Of a stretch of 64,000 nucleotides of DNA, positions 25,392 through 40,631 are shown piece by piece; the stretch's first letter is position 1; every line of letters starts with the position of its first letter. Source of the stretch: Octopus vulgaris. Taxonomy: Eukaryota. A program made the position numbers and the translations under genes. Under the pieces are notes generated by a model. That model saw nothing but the letters and a program-made list of their open reading frames with translations. It did no database searches and was not told the origin of the DNA. The stretch is from positions 17,174,001-17,238,000 of the forward strand of contig OX597840.1 of NCBI GenBank assembly GCA_951406725.2, given 5' to 3'.

Positions 25392-26874
25392 GTATGTATA
25401 TATATATATATATATTATATAAAGACACACAGTGTTTGTGTTGGAATGATTGAGTGGGGTTGTGCGTCTGTATGCAAGAGGGGTGCATTCGGTACATTCT
25501 TCGACACAACACCCTGGCACAAGATGAAACACTAGTTTCTTTCACAAACCAAAAAGGGGGAGGAAAAAGCCCTTTATCTTTTGAGTTTAATTCTTAAAAG
25601 CTATTAAAGTGAAAGCCCCTTTATTTATAAAGGAGGTAGTTATAGGAATAAAAGATCCTATATATCTGTTGGGAGGTAAGGGGCTTATCCAAACATCAGA
25701 CCCTCTACAAGTACAAACCACTCTAGATTTAAAATTTAAGAGATGGAATTTCAATAAATAGGTTTGTTAAACCATAGGTGAGTCTTGATCTGATACACTC
25801 AGGATTAAAGGCATTCCAGCCTTAGCTACCTAGTTTCATCCACCACTTCCTTTTCAAGCAATCTTTTATTTAAATCAAAAACTGAGGAATATTGTCCTAT
25901 TATTTCTAGCAGAAATATGATTACAGAGATCACTGCTGGAATTAATTTTCACCTCCACCTGATATTTTGTTTTTAACATGGCACATCCATATTGGATGTA
26001 AATCTCGGAACAAATACTACAGTAACTTGGCTCATCAACAGTGTATACATTTAATATGATACATAGATAGCCATTTTGATTTAATACTGCTTATAACGGG
26101 TGTTATACTACATATAATGGGGGGGGGGGTGTATGCTGGCATAGCTGTGTGGTATGAAGCTTGCTTCCCAACCACATGCTTCCGGGTTCAGTCTCACTGC
26201 ATGGAACCTTGGGCAAGTATTTTCTACTAGTCTTGGGCCGACCAAAATCTTGTGAGTGGATTTGGTAGAAAGAAACTGAGAGAAGATAATGTGTTGTGTG
26301 TGTCATGTGCCGCGTGTGTATTTGTATCTGCCCCCCTCCATTACCACCTGACAACCAGTGTTGATACGTTTATGTCCCCATAACTCAGTGATTCAACAAA
26401 AGAACAAGTCCTGAGGTCAATTTCTTTGACTTAAAAAAAAAAAACCTTTAAGGTGGTGCTCCAGCATGGCTGCAGTAACCACCAAGCTTTAAACGTGGAT
26501 GTATATCAGCCCGATTTCAACAGCATGTGAGGGAAGTGGTTTTGCTATTTGAAAGAGTTAAGATATTTTTAAAAGTTCATTGTCCATTTTGATTTACAAC
26601 ACTTGGTTTTATATACACACACAGAGACCATTAAATATTCAATACACTGAAGTAGTGTGAGAGAGCAGCATAGATAACATTGTTGCAAACAAGCAAGCAA
26701 ACAAACTGGATAAAAACAGAGGCACTTAAGTTTTAGGTGGTTGGATAATGCAAGGAGATGTATTTCCATAAGCAATAATTTTTTAATAACTTGGAGGGAA
26801 AGGAGAAATAAATACAAATATTCTCATTATTAACCCTTTAGCATTCAGATTATATATATTGCTTATTTATTCAG

Positions 26875-27297
26875 ATGTAGGAGTGGCTGTGTGGTAAGTA
26901 GCTTGCTTACGAACCACATGGTTCCGGGTTCAGTCCCACTGCGTGGCACCTTGGGCAAGTGTCTTTTACTATAGCTTTGGGCCAACCAAAGCCTTGTGAG
27001 TCGATTTGGTAGACGGAAACTGAAAGAAGCCTGTCGTATATATGCATGTATATATATATATATATGTGTGTGTATGTGTGTGTATATGTTTGTGTGTCTG
27101 TATTTGTCCCTCCCCAACATCGCTTGACAACTGATGCTGGTGTTGTGTTTATGTCCCCGTAACTTAGCGGTTCAGCAAAAGAGATTGATAGAATAAGTAC
27201 TAGGCTTACAAAGAGTAAGTCCTAGAGTCGATTTGCTCGATTAAAGGTGGTGCTCCAGCATGGCCACAGTCACATGACTGAAACAAGTAAAAGAGTA
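26875..27297 (+). mobile_element. SINE family A nested in a piggyBac-like MITE (diverged copy also at 26131-26477)
   Basis: Full copy; MITE sequence resumes after 27297. Confidence 0.85.
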
Positions 27298-30200
27298 TCT
27301 TGTAGCTTCAAGATTTCAATGGTGCATTTGTATATTTTTAGAACGACATTGTGAAAGAGATTGGATATGGTCACGTTGAACATATAACAGGTAGAATAGA
27401 CATCTGTGACTTTTGGCAGGAATTTTACAGCTGGATGCCCTTCCAGTCACCAACTTTCCCCTGTTTCTAAACTAGCTAATAATTTCCCCTGGCCAAACAT
27501 GTTTTTCACTGAAAGATACAAACAACCAACCTTATGGCTATAATAGAAAAGAAATGCTCCAGAGTGGGAGTGAACATGAAACCACATGGTTGGTAAATGG
27601 GCTTCTGAAGTACATAGCCATACCTCCACTCAGTAATAAAAGTTTCTACTTTCTAATCTTCACCTGTAATTTCTCTTCCACTTTTATAACCAAATAGATG
27701 ATGCACTTTATGTAATGCTATGCCAGCCCTGACTTAGCTGTCTGTCAAAGCCATTCCTGTCTGTTCCCTAAATACTGTGAACTTGTCTATACAATATCCA
27801 GAGTTGTTCTTTTCTCACATAGGGCATGATGTGGGAGAGCAGCAGCATTTTAATGTCCCTTTTTGCATGCTTGCACAAGTTAGATGGAGGCCATTGAAGC
27901 AGATTTTCCGCAGCTGGAAGCCCTTCCTGTTGCCAACCACCTGTTTCTAAGTAATGTCCCACACCCCATAGAATGTTTTCACAGATTGGAAGTGGACGCT
28001 CCTATGGTGGTGACACTTGCTTACGACTATTGCTTCATCTTAAGACAAAGCACACAACAGCTTCTTTCTGTTCCCGTGTATCAATTCTACTTACAGGGTT
28101 TATAAAAGCAGGACTTAAGCCAAAACCATGTGGGTTGGAATGCAAACTTCTTAACCATACATCCATGAATGTTTTGCTATTTTTAGAAGGTCAAGTGATA
28201 ACATAGCTCTCCCAGTACTTTTCATATGTACTAGGTCAAGTGGCACATCTGCAAACTCAAATTACATCCCATTTAACTAAACTTGGCTGAAGCCGAGTCA
28301 AATACCTTTCCCTGAACATGAAACTTCAGTTGACAAACTTTTAAGATTGTCGATTGCTTAACAGTACATACAAGCACACACAAAATACCTCATACTTAAA
28401 TTTAATTAACACATTAAATTAGGATCTCGTTAGATATTAAAATACAAACCGGCAGACATTAAACATCCGATTTAATGTGTTTCTGACAGTAATACACCAG
28501 CAGAGCTGAAACTATACTAGAATCTTCATCAGAGGCCAAGCACAGACTAACAAAGTTAAAAGTCAGAAATATATGAATACTAACAACAAAATGTACAGAA
28601 ACATCAATGACCGTCTAGATTGGAAACGGATTAACAGCAAAAAAGAAAAAAGGACTACAAAACCTGGCAGTAAAACAATTTAAGATTGATTTATCATATT
28701 TTAATACTGTCTACTTATATGTATAACTAAGCTCCGATTTTAGTCAGCTAATTACTTTTAATTAGGAAGATACTTAATATATCAATGCTAAACTAGATAT
28801 TTTTCTTCCTTTTTTTGCCTTGTTCAGGCTCTTTCTAAATCTTTTGTGCATGAAACATTTAAACTGTGTGACAATGTCTAGATATAAAAGAGCAAACATG
28901 CTATCTTAAAGGTAACAGTTTTGACACTGACACTAAGTATGTGGGTGATTATCTGAGACGTGTTTTTGCATGTATACTTCTTTTCTCTCCTCAGACTAAA
29001 AGAAAAAAAAAAAAGCATTTGCTTACCAAGAAATGTTTGAGATTTCTAACGATATGGTTAATTCCTATTTCATTAGTTCTAAGAGGTTGTACTTTATCAA
29101 CAAGTATCCAAAATTAATACATTATGTGAATACACCCAAATGTGTACATAAGCAAGTATGCTATCATGCAAATGCTTATGCACATGTATTATATAACTGA
29201 AAGTGGTGCACATCCCTAGAAAGTGAGCACAGGAAGGAATTTTAATTATACAACCCATCTCTCCTACCTCCTCCCCCTACGATCCACTATCTTGTATCTC
29301 CTCTTAAGCTCACCTTTTTGTACTTTGAAGGAGATTGCTCTGGCACCCCATCACTACCCATCTGCCTTCTTTCCAGCTACTCTCACACACCCTCATACTG
29401 CAGAGTTACCATGGCTCACCTGTAAAGCAAGGCATCTATGTTTGTCCTGAAATCATACCTTAGTTTCACAACATCCGACATGAAAACCGACCGCACATGT
29501 GGGGCTTTTTGGTTTTTCCCAGTTCTTCCTAGTTACTTGGCAACTTAATTAGCGCTGGTGCCAAGAAAAAAACCACCAAGTATACACTGTCGAGTGGTTG
29601 GCATTAGGAAGGATATCCAGCCACAGAAACCATGTCAAAGCAGACGCTGACGCTCTCAGCAACCCTGCAGTTTGCCAGATCCTATCAAACCATCAAACCA
29701 ATACCTCTACACACGCACAGACAGAGAAAGAGAATTAACAGATGAGATTGGGAGACTCATCTGCAGGACTTGTAACACCATATCTTCTCCCATCTAATTT
29801 TTTGGGTCTATATAATCTGAGTAAGTTTAGTCTTAATATACATAATTCGTTGCTGTTATGTTAAACTGTTGTATGTCCAAATGCGTTCTTTTTTCAATAT
29901 TTATTTTTGCTTGCAATAACCGGTTCTTTTGGTCAAACTATCGTATGTCCAACTGCTTCTGATGCCAAGATATCAAAAATTGTCAAAGTGTAGTACAATG
30001 GTTTTGCTATGGACTGGTGAAACTACTTTTTCGTTTTCTGGAAAAAGCAACGATTTATATTTAGTTGTATATTAATCATCTGAAAATTTTCAGTCTTTGC
30101 CTTTTTGTTTTTCTTTTTTATTTACACGTATGAATGAATGAATGTGTGTGTGATTCTTTAAAATGTTTCAGCTGTAAAGCTGCAGTCATGCTGGGTAACC

Positions 30201-30751
30201 ATGTATTCATTCTGTTCACTCACAGAGTGGTTGGCATTAGAAAGGGCATCCAGCTGTAGAAACACCGCCAGATCAGATTGGGGCCTGGTAAAGCCTCCTG
30301 GCTTCCCAGACCCCAGTCAAACCGTCCAACCCATGCCAGCATGGAAAACAGATGTTAAGCTATGATGACGACATAACCAAGGAGTTTTAACACAGTTTGC
30401 ATTGTATTTCTCTCTCATCGAGGTCAACTTTGCCTTTCATCCTTTCGGGGCTGATAAATTAAGTACCAGTTGCATACTGGAGTCGATCGAATCAACTGCC
30501 CCACCCCAAAAATTTCAGGCCTAGTGCCTATAGTAGAAAAGATTATACACACACACACAAATCCTACCTGAGGTGGCTTCTCGGATTCTCTGGCAAATAC
30601 TGCCCCACCCTATACAGGATGCCAGTTCATTACAGGAAGACTCATTTTGGGCAGCTGAGTGGACTTAATGTGAAATGAAGCTCAAGAAGAAAATACATTG
30701 CCTGGTTTAGGGGTTGAAACTACCTAACTACTAAGCCATGCACCTCCACTA

Positions 30752-30786
<35 letters not shown>

Positions 30787-31971
30787 AATAAATATATATA
30801 TATAAGTACATAATTTAGAGCCTCCATTGCCAATTATGCTCAGATGACTATTTGAACAAAATTCTCTTACAGTGTTGCAAATCCAAACCACTGTAATAAT
30901 GGCATGAAACCCAATCAAACTAACGAGCCTTACTTTCAAATGGGCAAACAACTACATTTGTTTAGGTTTTCTTTTTCTCTTTTGTCATCTGCACCCATCA
31001 AGGAACGTATTTTCTTGATCATTACAGATAGATGTCTCCCACAATACAATGTAAAGAAACCCCAACATGGACACAAACATGCCGGAAATAGCAGTCAAAC
31101 GTTTCTTTTGTTTTTTTTTTTGTTCTTTTGAGATATAAGCATGATAGCGTGGTTAAGCAGTTCACTTCTCATCTATGTGACTGGTTTCAGTCTCAATGTG
31201 TGACAACTTGGGTAGGGGACTTCAATTAGTGCCAACCATAGCCTTGTGGGTGGATTTGGTAGATGCAAATTGAATGAAGCTCATCTTTTGTGCGTGTGCG
31301 CATCTCTGAAAATTACTGAGCTACAGGAAGTGGACACATTTCTCTTGTCACCAGGCTGTGTACTGACTGTGCCTTTGAAAATGTGTGGAGAAAGATATCA
31401 GTTACTGAAATACAGATATGGGTTAGCAGGAAAGGGAAGGGCATCCTGCATTGATAAAATGCCCCAATAATATAGTGTCACCAATGTAAACAAGGAAAAC
31501 AAAACCATGTAAAAACAAACTGGATAGATTTGAAAGAAAAGGACACTAATGTGCTCCTGGTCAGGAGAAAATCCGGTTGGTCACAGCTGGACTGTCTGAT
31601 TAGAATCCAAAGCAAAACAAGAGATTAAAAAAAACCACTAACATTTTTGTCATGACTTGTCACTAAGGAGGAGATATTCACCTCGAGATTTCAGATATAA
31701 CAGGGTCAGCAGTTTAATGACAACAGGGTTCGAAGATTTTATTTACATTAAAAAGTCAGATAAATTACATGTGTTTTATTGTAAAATTGAGGTCTTTCAT
31801 TGGCTAATACTGAAATTTATCGTTGAGGAATTGAAAACTAAAATGCCATTTCTCATGGGCAACTGTCCACAATAACCAAGAGGAAGTGATAAGTCCACCA
31901 AATGAACAGGTGTCCAGCTGGTTCAAAACCACATTGGATGGGCCTTTGTGTATTTCAACGATTATATAATA

Positions 31972-32187
31972 TCCTTTTCTACTCTAGGCACAAGGCCCCA
32001 AATTTTAGGGGAGGTAGCCAGTCGATTAGATCGACCACAGTACGCAACTGATACTTAATTTATTGACCCCGAAAAGATGAAAGGCAACATCAACCTCAGC
32101 GGAATTTGTACTCAGAATGTAAATTGAGGCAAAATACCGCTGAGCATTTTGCCCGGTGTGCTTACGATTGTGCCAGCTTGCCGCCTT
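31972..32187 (-). mobile_element. SINE family B (MetaSINE-like)
   Basis: Full reverse-complement copy. Confidence 0.75.
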
Positions 32188-33276
32188 AGATAATGTCTAA
32201 ATATTGCTTCAGTCAATTATGTGTTCATCCGTCAGTGACAAGGACTATCTGGTCATCATGAAGTTGGGGCTGAGCATCAAGGGTGCACTGGTGACTGATC
32301 AGGCCAAGCCACACCCAGAAGGCAGTGCAGACAGATAATGGTGATGGTAGTAGTGGGCGACTTAATGGAACTAGTTTCCCTGGCCTGCCTTCATTGGTCT
32401 GCTGCAGCAATTCCGTTGGCTTTGCAATCAGCCTTTACAAACAGCTGATTGCCACTTGCCTCTGTCCTCAGTAGTGAAGCAGGGGTGGGGGTGGACAAAC
32501 ACATACACAAAGACAAATACACATATACATAAATATGATGGGCTTCTTTCAGTTTCCATCTACCAAATCCACTCACAAGGATTTAGTTGGCACAGGGCTA
32601 TAATAGATGCTAGCCCAAGTTGTCAGAGTGGGACTGAACTCAAAACCATGTGGTTGGAAAGCAAGATTCTTACAACTAAGTCATACATATCATATATATG
32701 TAATATATACATATTTTAAAGCAGTGCTCCAGCATGGCTGCAGTCAAATAACTGAAACAAGTGTGTGTGTGTGTGTGTACTAATTAAATACTGACTTATT
32801 ATATGTGCGATTCTTCAATATATGGAAAAACTGTCTTGCATGGAACCAGTCCATAGTGCAAAAAGGGCCAGGGGCCACTACCTTAAATCAATGATCAGTT
32901 TGACCAGGCTAACCTGGGGTTAAACAACAATGTGGATAATCCGAAATGGTCATTCAGGAGTAAAGGAGCCACTGGAATTATTTAGATTTATCTGTTTCCC
33001 TGACAAACACCATGGAAGCGTTATTAAAGGCCTTCAAAGAAACACTCCCTCCACTTCCATTTGAGTACAACACAATCCAATACCATGTGACCCTATTTTT
33101 TTGGTTTAATTCTCAGGTATTATAATGCTACCCTTTACTTTTTATCTTGATGTTTGTCTCCTAGCCTTGACTGCATGATAGCTGTAAAAGAGTGTCAGTG
33201 TCCTGCAAGCAGTGTCCATTTCCAATCTTCTGTGAAAATATGTCTGGTTATGAGGAAATATTGCCATGCCATATAG

Positions 33277-33630
33277 CTGCAGGAATGGCTTTGTGGTAAG
33301 AAGCTTGCTTCCCAACCACACAGTTCCGGGTTCAGTCCCACTGTGTGGCACTTTAGGAAAGTGACATACTAGTTTTGGGCCAATCAAACCCTTGTGAGTG
33401 GATTTCATAGATGGAAACTGAAAGAAGCCTGTCGTATGTGTGTGAGCCTCCCCCAACACTGCTTAACAGGTGTTGGTGTGTTTATGTCCCTGTAACTTAG
33501 CAGCTCAGCAAAAGAGAAAAGAACAAGTACCAAGCTTAAAAAAAAAGTACTGGAAGCAATTCATTCATTCAGCTAAAAATCCGAGATGGTTCCCCAGCAT
33601 GGCTGCAGTCTAATGACAAGTAAAAGATAC
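33277..33630 (+). mobile_element. SINE family A nested in a (GAT)n-tail repeat
   Basis: A/B-box head and tail present. Confidence 0.75.
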
Positions 33631-33778
33631 AAGATACCTGGAAACAGGTGAAGGTTAGCAACTGGAAAGGCATCCAGCTGTAGTAAGTTTGCCTCAACAA
33701 ATTTTGTCCAAACTATACAAGTATGGAAAAGCAGGTGTTAATTACTCATGTATCCTCACAATCATTTAAGATGCTTAA

Positions 33779-33991
33779 CCCTTTAGCATTCAGATTACTG
33801 TCAAATGTAATCCTTCTTAATTCACATCGTTTTGAATTAATCAAGCATTATCTTGTCACCTCGAGATTTTGATGATGTGATTATTTTTAGAATGACATTA
33901 TAGGTAGATCGGAAAGGCCAGATCTGGCAAGTTTGAACATAGAACAGGTAAAATTATTTGGTTGGATATGACTGGTTTAAATGCCAAAGGG
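33779..33991 (-). mobile_element. piggyBac-like MITE, family 1, reverse orientation
   Basis: TTAA|CCCTTTAGCATTCAG ... AATGCCAAAGGG. Confidence 0.75.
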
Positions 33992-34239
33992 TTTAAGACT
34001 TACTGAGCTCTATTCCTGATCAAGAAGAATTAGTACAACGGTTTGAAACTGATCCCTGCCCGCTTCACAAAAGCAAACGATAGATCACAAATATCCAGTT
34101 AATTATGAAGAAATAACTTATTAAAATTTGGTTTACACTGATTGCAATTTAAAGAAAGCCAACCTAATTCTCTCATGAGAAATGCTTTGAAAAGCTGAAG
34201 TGAATCCCAGAGTATGAACCAAAAAGGGAGCCACTATAT

Positions 34240-34485
34240 CAGTAGTTCTCAACCGGGGTCCACATGACCTTTGAAGGGCCATACAAAATTTTGTTAAAAT
34301 CTGCAACAAATTAGTTATACTTCTACAATACACAAAATATTGATTTTTTTTAAAAATACAATTCCTAATATTTAATTCTAAAAATATAAGAGGGGTTTTT
34401 TTAAAACTTCAAATGGCTACAAGGGAGCACCCGAGCAAAATAGGAACTGAAGGGCTCACAGGTACAATAATGGTTGAGAACCGCT
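34240..34485. mobile_element. hAT-Charlie-like MITE (related copy at ~48056-48654, split by a SINE)
   Basis: TIR CAGTAGTTCTCAACC / GGTTGAGAACCGCTG; no clear TSD. Confidence 0.6.
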
Positions 34486-35529
34486 GATGCAGAAGGTCCA
34501 CTCAGTCTGCTAAAATAGCAGCTAAATCTCATAACACTTATACCTTCAGTAAGCCTGCTCTGCTGGATTAGTGTAAGCCAGGGATTGAACAACAAAAACT
34601 AGAAAAACTGGGTAAATTACCATTCAAAAAGGCTGACATCCAAATCTCAGAACCCCATCTTTTTATGAATGCCCTCCAGATAAAACATTAAGTCTACAAA
34701 GTTCAAGTCAACCATCAGTATATTACAGACAGAGTCCATGGATTAAAATGTTTTTTAAAATTATTTCCTATGTCCCCCAAATTCCCTCCCCACTAAAGTA
34801 GCTGGTTATTAACTGAGCGAATAACACTCTCCTTCAGTATTCTGCAGCAGCAATCAACCACAGAAATGAAGTCATTCCCTCAAGGCTGCACACAACATAC
34901 CTCAGTGGTGGCCTCCACACATTCTTCACATAACAAACATACTTTCGAAAAGGTTGGGTCTCGTTTCTCCCAGGTGGGAAATCTAACTTTAAAAGAGCCA
35001 ACTCTACAAAGAAGCACATATTCCTCATGCCACCTGCATATTTGAACTGGTATGTTTATTCCACCCACACACTTCAGTTTGAAAGTAATAAAAAGTAAAA
35101 ATGTAAAAACAAAAAAGGTGTAAAGCTGATAAGATTAGTTTCGTCTTTTGTTCCCCCCCACCCCAACCTCATTAATAAGCTATAAAAAAAAATTCCTTTA
35201 ATGAAAGAGTTGCAAACCTCTCAAATTACACCCTACAACCAAGATACACGTAAGCCTAGATGTGATTGAATGATACAGCCTTGTGGTTTCAGGTTCAATT
35301 TCATTGCATGGTACCTTGGTCTACTATTCGTTTCCGTTTAGCCAGAATCTTGAGAACAAATTTGGTAGACAGAAGTCACGTGTAAGCCCCAGAGTGTGCA
35401 TAGGTATAAATATAGTTTTAACCCCTTAGCTTTTAAACTAGCCAAATCCGGTTCGAACATTCAACATGTTTTACATTCAAAACAGGCCACACCTACCCTC
35501 TCACACTGAGCTAACACTAACAATCACAT

Positions 35530-36013
35530 TGTAGTCGTGGCCAATGCCAGTGTCACATAACTGGCTCGTTAAAACCACCCTTCAATCGTTAGGCGATACG
35601 CTGTGCTTGAGAAGACCTGTTGAGCCAAGTGAAATCATAGTCCCGACCAACGCCAGTGGCTTCTGATTGGCACCCATGCCAGTGGTATGTAAAAAGCATT
35701 GTTCAAGCATTTGGCCTCACAGAGGCAGTGACAGGTGACCAAGACCTTTGACGACACACCATGCTTGTGTAGACCGGTCAAGCTAAGTGAGATCATAGTC
35801 ATGGTTGAAGCTAGTGTCAGGTCAATGGCACTTGTGCTGGTGGTATGTAAAAACACCCACTACACACTCAGAGTGGTTGGCATTGGGAAGGGCATCCAGC
35901 TGTAGAAACTCTGCCAAATCAGACTGGAGTTTAGTACATCTCCCCAGCTTACCAGTTTCCAGTCAAATCAGCCAACCCATGCCAGCATAGGAAGTGGATA
36001 TTAAATGATGATA
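35530..36013 (+). mobile_element. Repeat family C with (GAT)n tail (other copies ~470-675, 680-860, 6660-6860, 13690-13900, 17340-17545, 27845-28050, 30215-30372, 52540-52745, 56335-56530)
   Basis: Shared GTGGTTGGCATTAGGAAGGGCATCCAGC...CCAACCCATGCCAGCATGGAA...GTTAAATGATGAT. Confidence 0.7.
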
Positions 36014-39000
36014 TCACCGAAACCTCAAAGCTATAAGAAAATGCCTCATTAATTCTAAACAATTTGAATAAAGAAAGCATTACATTTGACAGAGTGATCT
36101 GAACACTAAAGGCTTAGGGTAAATCCTGTGGGATATTCTGGGATGCTACATCAGTGATGTTTCTGGAGCCCCAGGAGGTTTTGGGTCTTTCGACATTAGA
36201 CCCCCACCCTCACCCATTTGACCCAGTCAAGGTGTGTGAGTGTGCCCCTAGATTTGTCTTTCTCCATTTGCTGATTGTTTGCTTACCTTAGCACCTCTGC
36301 AAAAGGAGGCCAGAATAAAGGGTACTAGACTTCAAAAAGAAGTGGGGGAAGGCCTCTGGATCATTGCATCAACTAAACCAGGGTTTCTCAAAAGGTGGAC
36401 GGTGGCAGGTAACTTCAGAAAGTCATGTAAGAAAATGAGCAAATAAAATTTTAAAACCTCTTGAATATAACACAGACCTTTTTATTTATATATATGTATA
36501 TATAAAAGGTCTCCAACCAGGCCTTTTGTGGTACCCTAAAAGCCAGGAACTTTTCAGCACCCCCTTGTGTGTGTGTGTGTGTATGGGTGCTGCAAGCACA
36601 GCTTGTGTGGTTAAGCTTACTTCCCATCCAAATGGTTTGGGGTTCAGGCCCACTGCATGGCACCTCGAGCCAATGTCCACTATAACCACAGGCCAAACCA
36701 AAGCCTTGCTAGTGGATTTGGTCATTAGAAAGTAAAAGAAACCCATCATGTAATTACACGCGCGCGCGCATGTATGCATGTATGTATGTATGAGTATGTG
36801 TTTCTCTTTTGACAGCATAACAGTCGTAAACAAGTGTCACCGTCACACAAGCAGTGTCCATCGCTTCCAATCTTCCATGAAGACATTATCTTGGTTGGAA
36901 ACCGGTGAGATTTAGTGACAAGAAAAGCATCCAAGTGCCAGAATGCCTGTCGCAAGCACAAAGTTGGCAGTGATAAAGATTTAACTATTTAGGGGGAGGT
37001 CAAGGTGACCAACAAAATTTTTGAGGGCAGTGCCCCCGCACAGCTGCAGTTCAATGTCTGGAGTCATTAAAACTATAAAGCACATCCATGTGTGATGGCT
37101 TTCATTGACGTAGATTAACAAAGGATGTAAATAAAAGAAAAGCTGAAAGCACCGTGCGTCTGCACAAAACCATGGAATAGATGAAGCCTAAGCTGCAGCT
37201 GATCACTTCTCAACACTTTGCAGAGAGAGATGCAGCAGACCATGACCAAGTGATCAGGCCATTGGAAAGGTATAAACAACAACAACAACTATTAAAAAAT
37301 GCAGGTTTATATAACATCAAAAATACATGATTGACAGGTCAGACATGCAACTGAACAAGCCTATATGTGGTTGCTTAATATGCTAGAAATAACAGCCCAA
37401 CAGCCCTGATATCTACAACCTACTATTGTCACCCTTTAGTATTTAAACCAGCCATATCCAGCCTATCACACCAACCCATCAATGCCATTTAAAATATACA
37501 AAATTCTTTCCAAAAATACTTTCAGCAACAGTTCAAGATTAGTCTTGCTTTGCCATGAGCAAAACTATGGAAGCCCATGAGAATCATACTTGTAACTTGA
37601 GGATCCCGCTTCCGAACGACAATTCTACAAATAGTAGAATTGACAATTTTATGAATAGTTGACAATTCTACAAATAGTTAAAAATGCAGTGGAATATTCA
37701 GCCACTTCACCCAATGTCAAGTAGAACTGTCAGTTGTTGAAACCAAAAGGAAATTAATATTTGATTGCATTGGTCCAACCATTGTTTCCTCCTCAACAGA
37801 AGAGCTCTAAAAGCCAACCCACACAAGTGTCAGGCACTACAATGCTAGAAAATTGCATTCTGGGAAGAGTAAAGAAAATATTTCAAGTGAAGAAACTAGA
37901 AACTGAGTCTGGGGTGATTTGAGAGTTGTGCTCTTCCATCACTCAGTGAGAGGCAGCTGTTTCAGGATAGAATTTAAAGGACGTAATAGCAGCAAGTAAG
38001 CTTTCACAAAGGAGCCACTTCAGGTGGCAAATGGCACACCATTTCCACAAACCTTCAACCAATAAGACCAACAGAATTAAGTTATCAAAATTCAAAGGGA
38101 AACAAAACCCCTAAGTACTGGAGTCCATCTGTTCAAACTAAAACCCTTCAAAGTATCATGCTCCAGCGACCCCAGGAGTGCCACAATCCAATGCTAAACA
38201 AGTGAAAGAAGGGACCAAGACTAAGACAAGCTGGCTGCTATTTCTAGCAGATCAAGTGACTGTAAAGTCACACCCTACTGTAAAAAAAAAAAAGTCATAA
38301 ATGTGCTGTCTAAAATAGTATAAAAATATACTGGATGGTCACAAATTATCTATCAGATCAAAACTGACCCAAGGCTAAACAGTTTAATGACCATTTCCCA
38401 TGGAAGAGGGGAAAAACTGATCCTCAAAACATGGAAGGGGAAATTTTAATTGGAAAACCAGATACTAAACAAAAACTATGTAGCAAATATATTAGACATT
38501 TGTCCAGTTGAATTAGAATCCATTTCACTAATTAAAAAAAAAAAAGCAAATCTAACATTTTACACAATGCCAATTAAAATCGTCTGTCCCTTTTCATTAG
38601 TATCGCATTTCATCTCACCCCACCCCGAAAGAACTACACATTACTAGTATCAATATCACTGCCTTTATCTAAGTTGCAGGGTCACCTCTAAGCTGCATTG
38701 CTACAAAAAGGTAAAGCAAAAATCCCAATGATTTTTTTAGTCGGTGGTAAGAATTGGTGAGAACATAAGACAGCTTTTTGATCTTCATTTCCTATTCTTG
38801 TCTCAGCAAATTGTTGACAGTGTCAAGCTTTAGTTAGCTTCTCAGTTACACCTCAGTTATGAATGACCAGGTCACACATTTAGCATCCGTCAATTAGTCA
38901 TTAAAGCAAGATTTTATTTCAGTTACACAATATCTATTACCGGATGGCCGCTATTTCACAACCTGAATGTCGTGGATGAAAAAAGATCTAAATCAGAGTT

Positions 39001-39486
39001 GAACAAGGACAAGAGAGAAAATAACTAAATGTAGTCGGGTTACACATTATGACAGGATGACCATGGTTTGTATCTCTGATCAGACATAGGTCCAATGAAT
39101 TAGAGTAGATCCTGAATGTCCTTGATCAAAGATCAAAACCAGAGCTGAACGAGGAAACCACAACCATCTGTAGTCTGATTACTCCATATTACAGTTTGAT
39201 TGATCAAATGTACTCTGCCAGGTCTGATCAGGGACAACAACATCCACAGTAGGGCAGATTAAACAGCATCAGTCGAAAGTTATGGGGACTACCTTAACAA
39301 GAGGGGTTAAAATAGCAAATACAAAAGGGTTTCAGAGGTGGTGTGTAACAAAAACCAACTTTTGAGAGATTTTCTCTGTTTACTGTCTCGAGTCCCTAAG
39401 ACCCCAGAGTGGTGCCGACATGACCAAGATGGCATTTCTCCTAGATGGGATGCCAGTCTGTGTAGAGGGGAACGTGTTTTACTTAA

Positions 39487-39703
39487 CCCTTTAGCATTTA
39501 AACGGCCATACCTGGCCCAGATATACCTCATTTTAAGTTCAAACTGACCAGATCCAACCTCTCACACACATCCTACAATGTCATCCTAAAAATAGACAAT
39601 AACCTCATCAAAATCTCAAAGCTATGAGATAATATATGATTAATTCAAAGCCATATGAATGAATAAGATCTACATTTGGCAGAGTAATTTAAACCCAAAA
39701 GGG
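39487..39703 (+). mobile_element. piggyBac-like MITE, family 1 (full length; other copies ~6334, 17060-17239, 19790-19993, 26834-27400, 35421-36119, ~37430, 41976-42199)
   Basis: TTAA TSD on both sides, CCCTTT...AAAGGG termini, internal sequence shared among copies. Confidence 0.8.
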
Positions 39704-40427
39704 TTAAGAACAAAGCACATCACCTGGTTCAGACTTGAAACCACAATCTGGCAATCGCGAGTCTAACACCCTAACCACTAGGCTATGCATTTATGCAATA
39801 ACTTTACAGAACCACTATTGAATAGAAACCAGACTTTCCCCAGGGACTGAGCAGTTGGTACTTGAGTGCTTTACCTGTTTTTTTTTTTTTTATCACCCTT
39901 GACATAAACCATGAAAACAAGTCGAGCAAGGTTGGAAATAAAATATATAAAAAAAAGGAGAAAAGCCTCACAAAACCATATTTAAGCTAAAAACTTCTCA
40001 CTGGGAAGTAAAATACCAACTCCACAAAAAGAAGTAAAACTTATAACTATGATATACATAGAAGTGAATAATTCATTAAAAAAAAATTTAGGTCGTGGCT
40101 AATAGTGTTTCACCATTAGAAAACTATAAAAGAATGTGTGACTGGTTTAACAAGTTTTATCTCATCACACAAAACACAAAAATGCTAGGCTAAATAACTA
40201 CACACACACACACACAGAGACAGACACGCCCACACTGTAACAAATGACTGTGCATACTTGAGTGGAAAGAGTGATTTTTGTACTGGATTCGCTCTCTCTC
40301 CTCACAAACAATCCTTCTGAATCAGAAATGCTTGAGAAAAAAAAGAAAAAAATTTTTTTTATCAAAGTCAGAAAATGAACTTTTTAGGTCTATCAAAATT
40401 ACAAAGAACCGATTAGAAGTCATCAGA

Positions 40428-40600
40428 GGAGAGAGAGGGAGAGAGAGGGAGAGAGAGAGAGAGAGAGGGAGAGAGAGAGAGAGGAATGGACTTTTACCGA
40501 ACTCTGCTGATATTGAGGGCTTGGTGTTAAAATGTTAGATTAAAAACCACAAATTAACCATGTCAAAAAAACGTTTCACACCACAAACACCACAAACACC

Positions 40601-40631
<31 letters not shown>

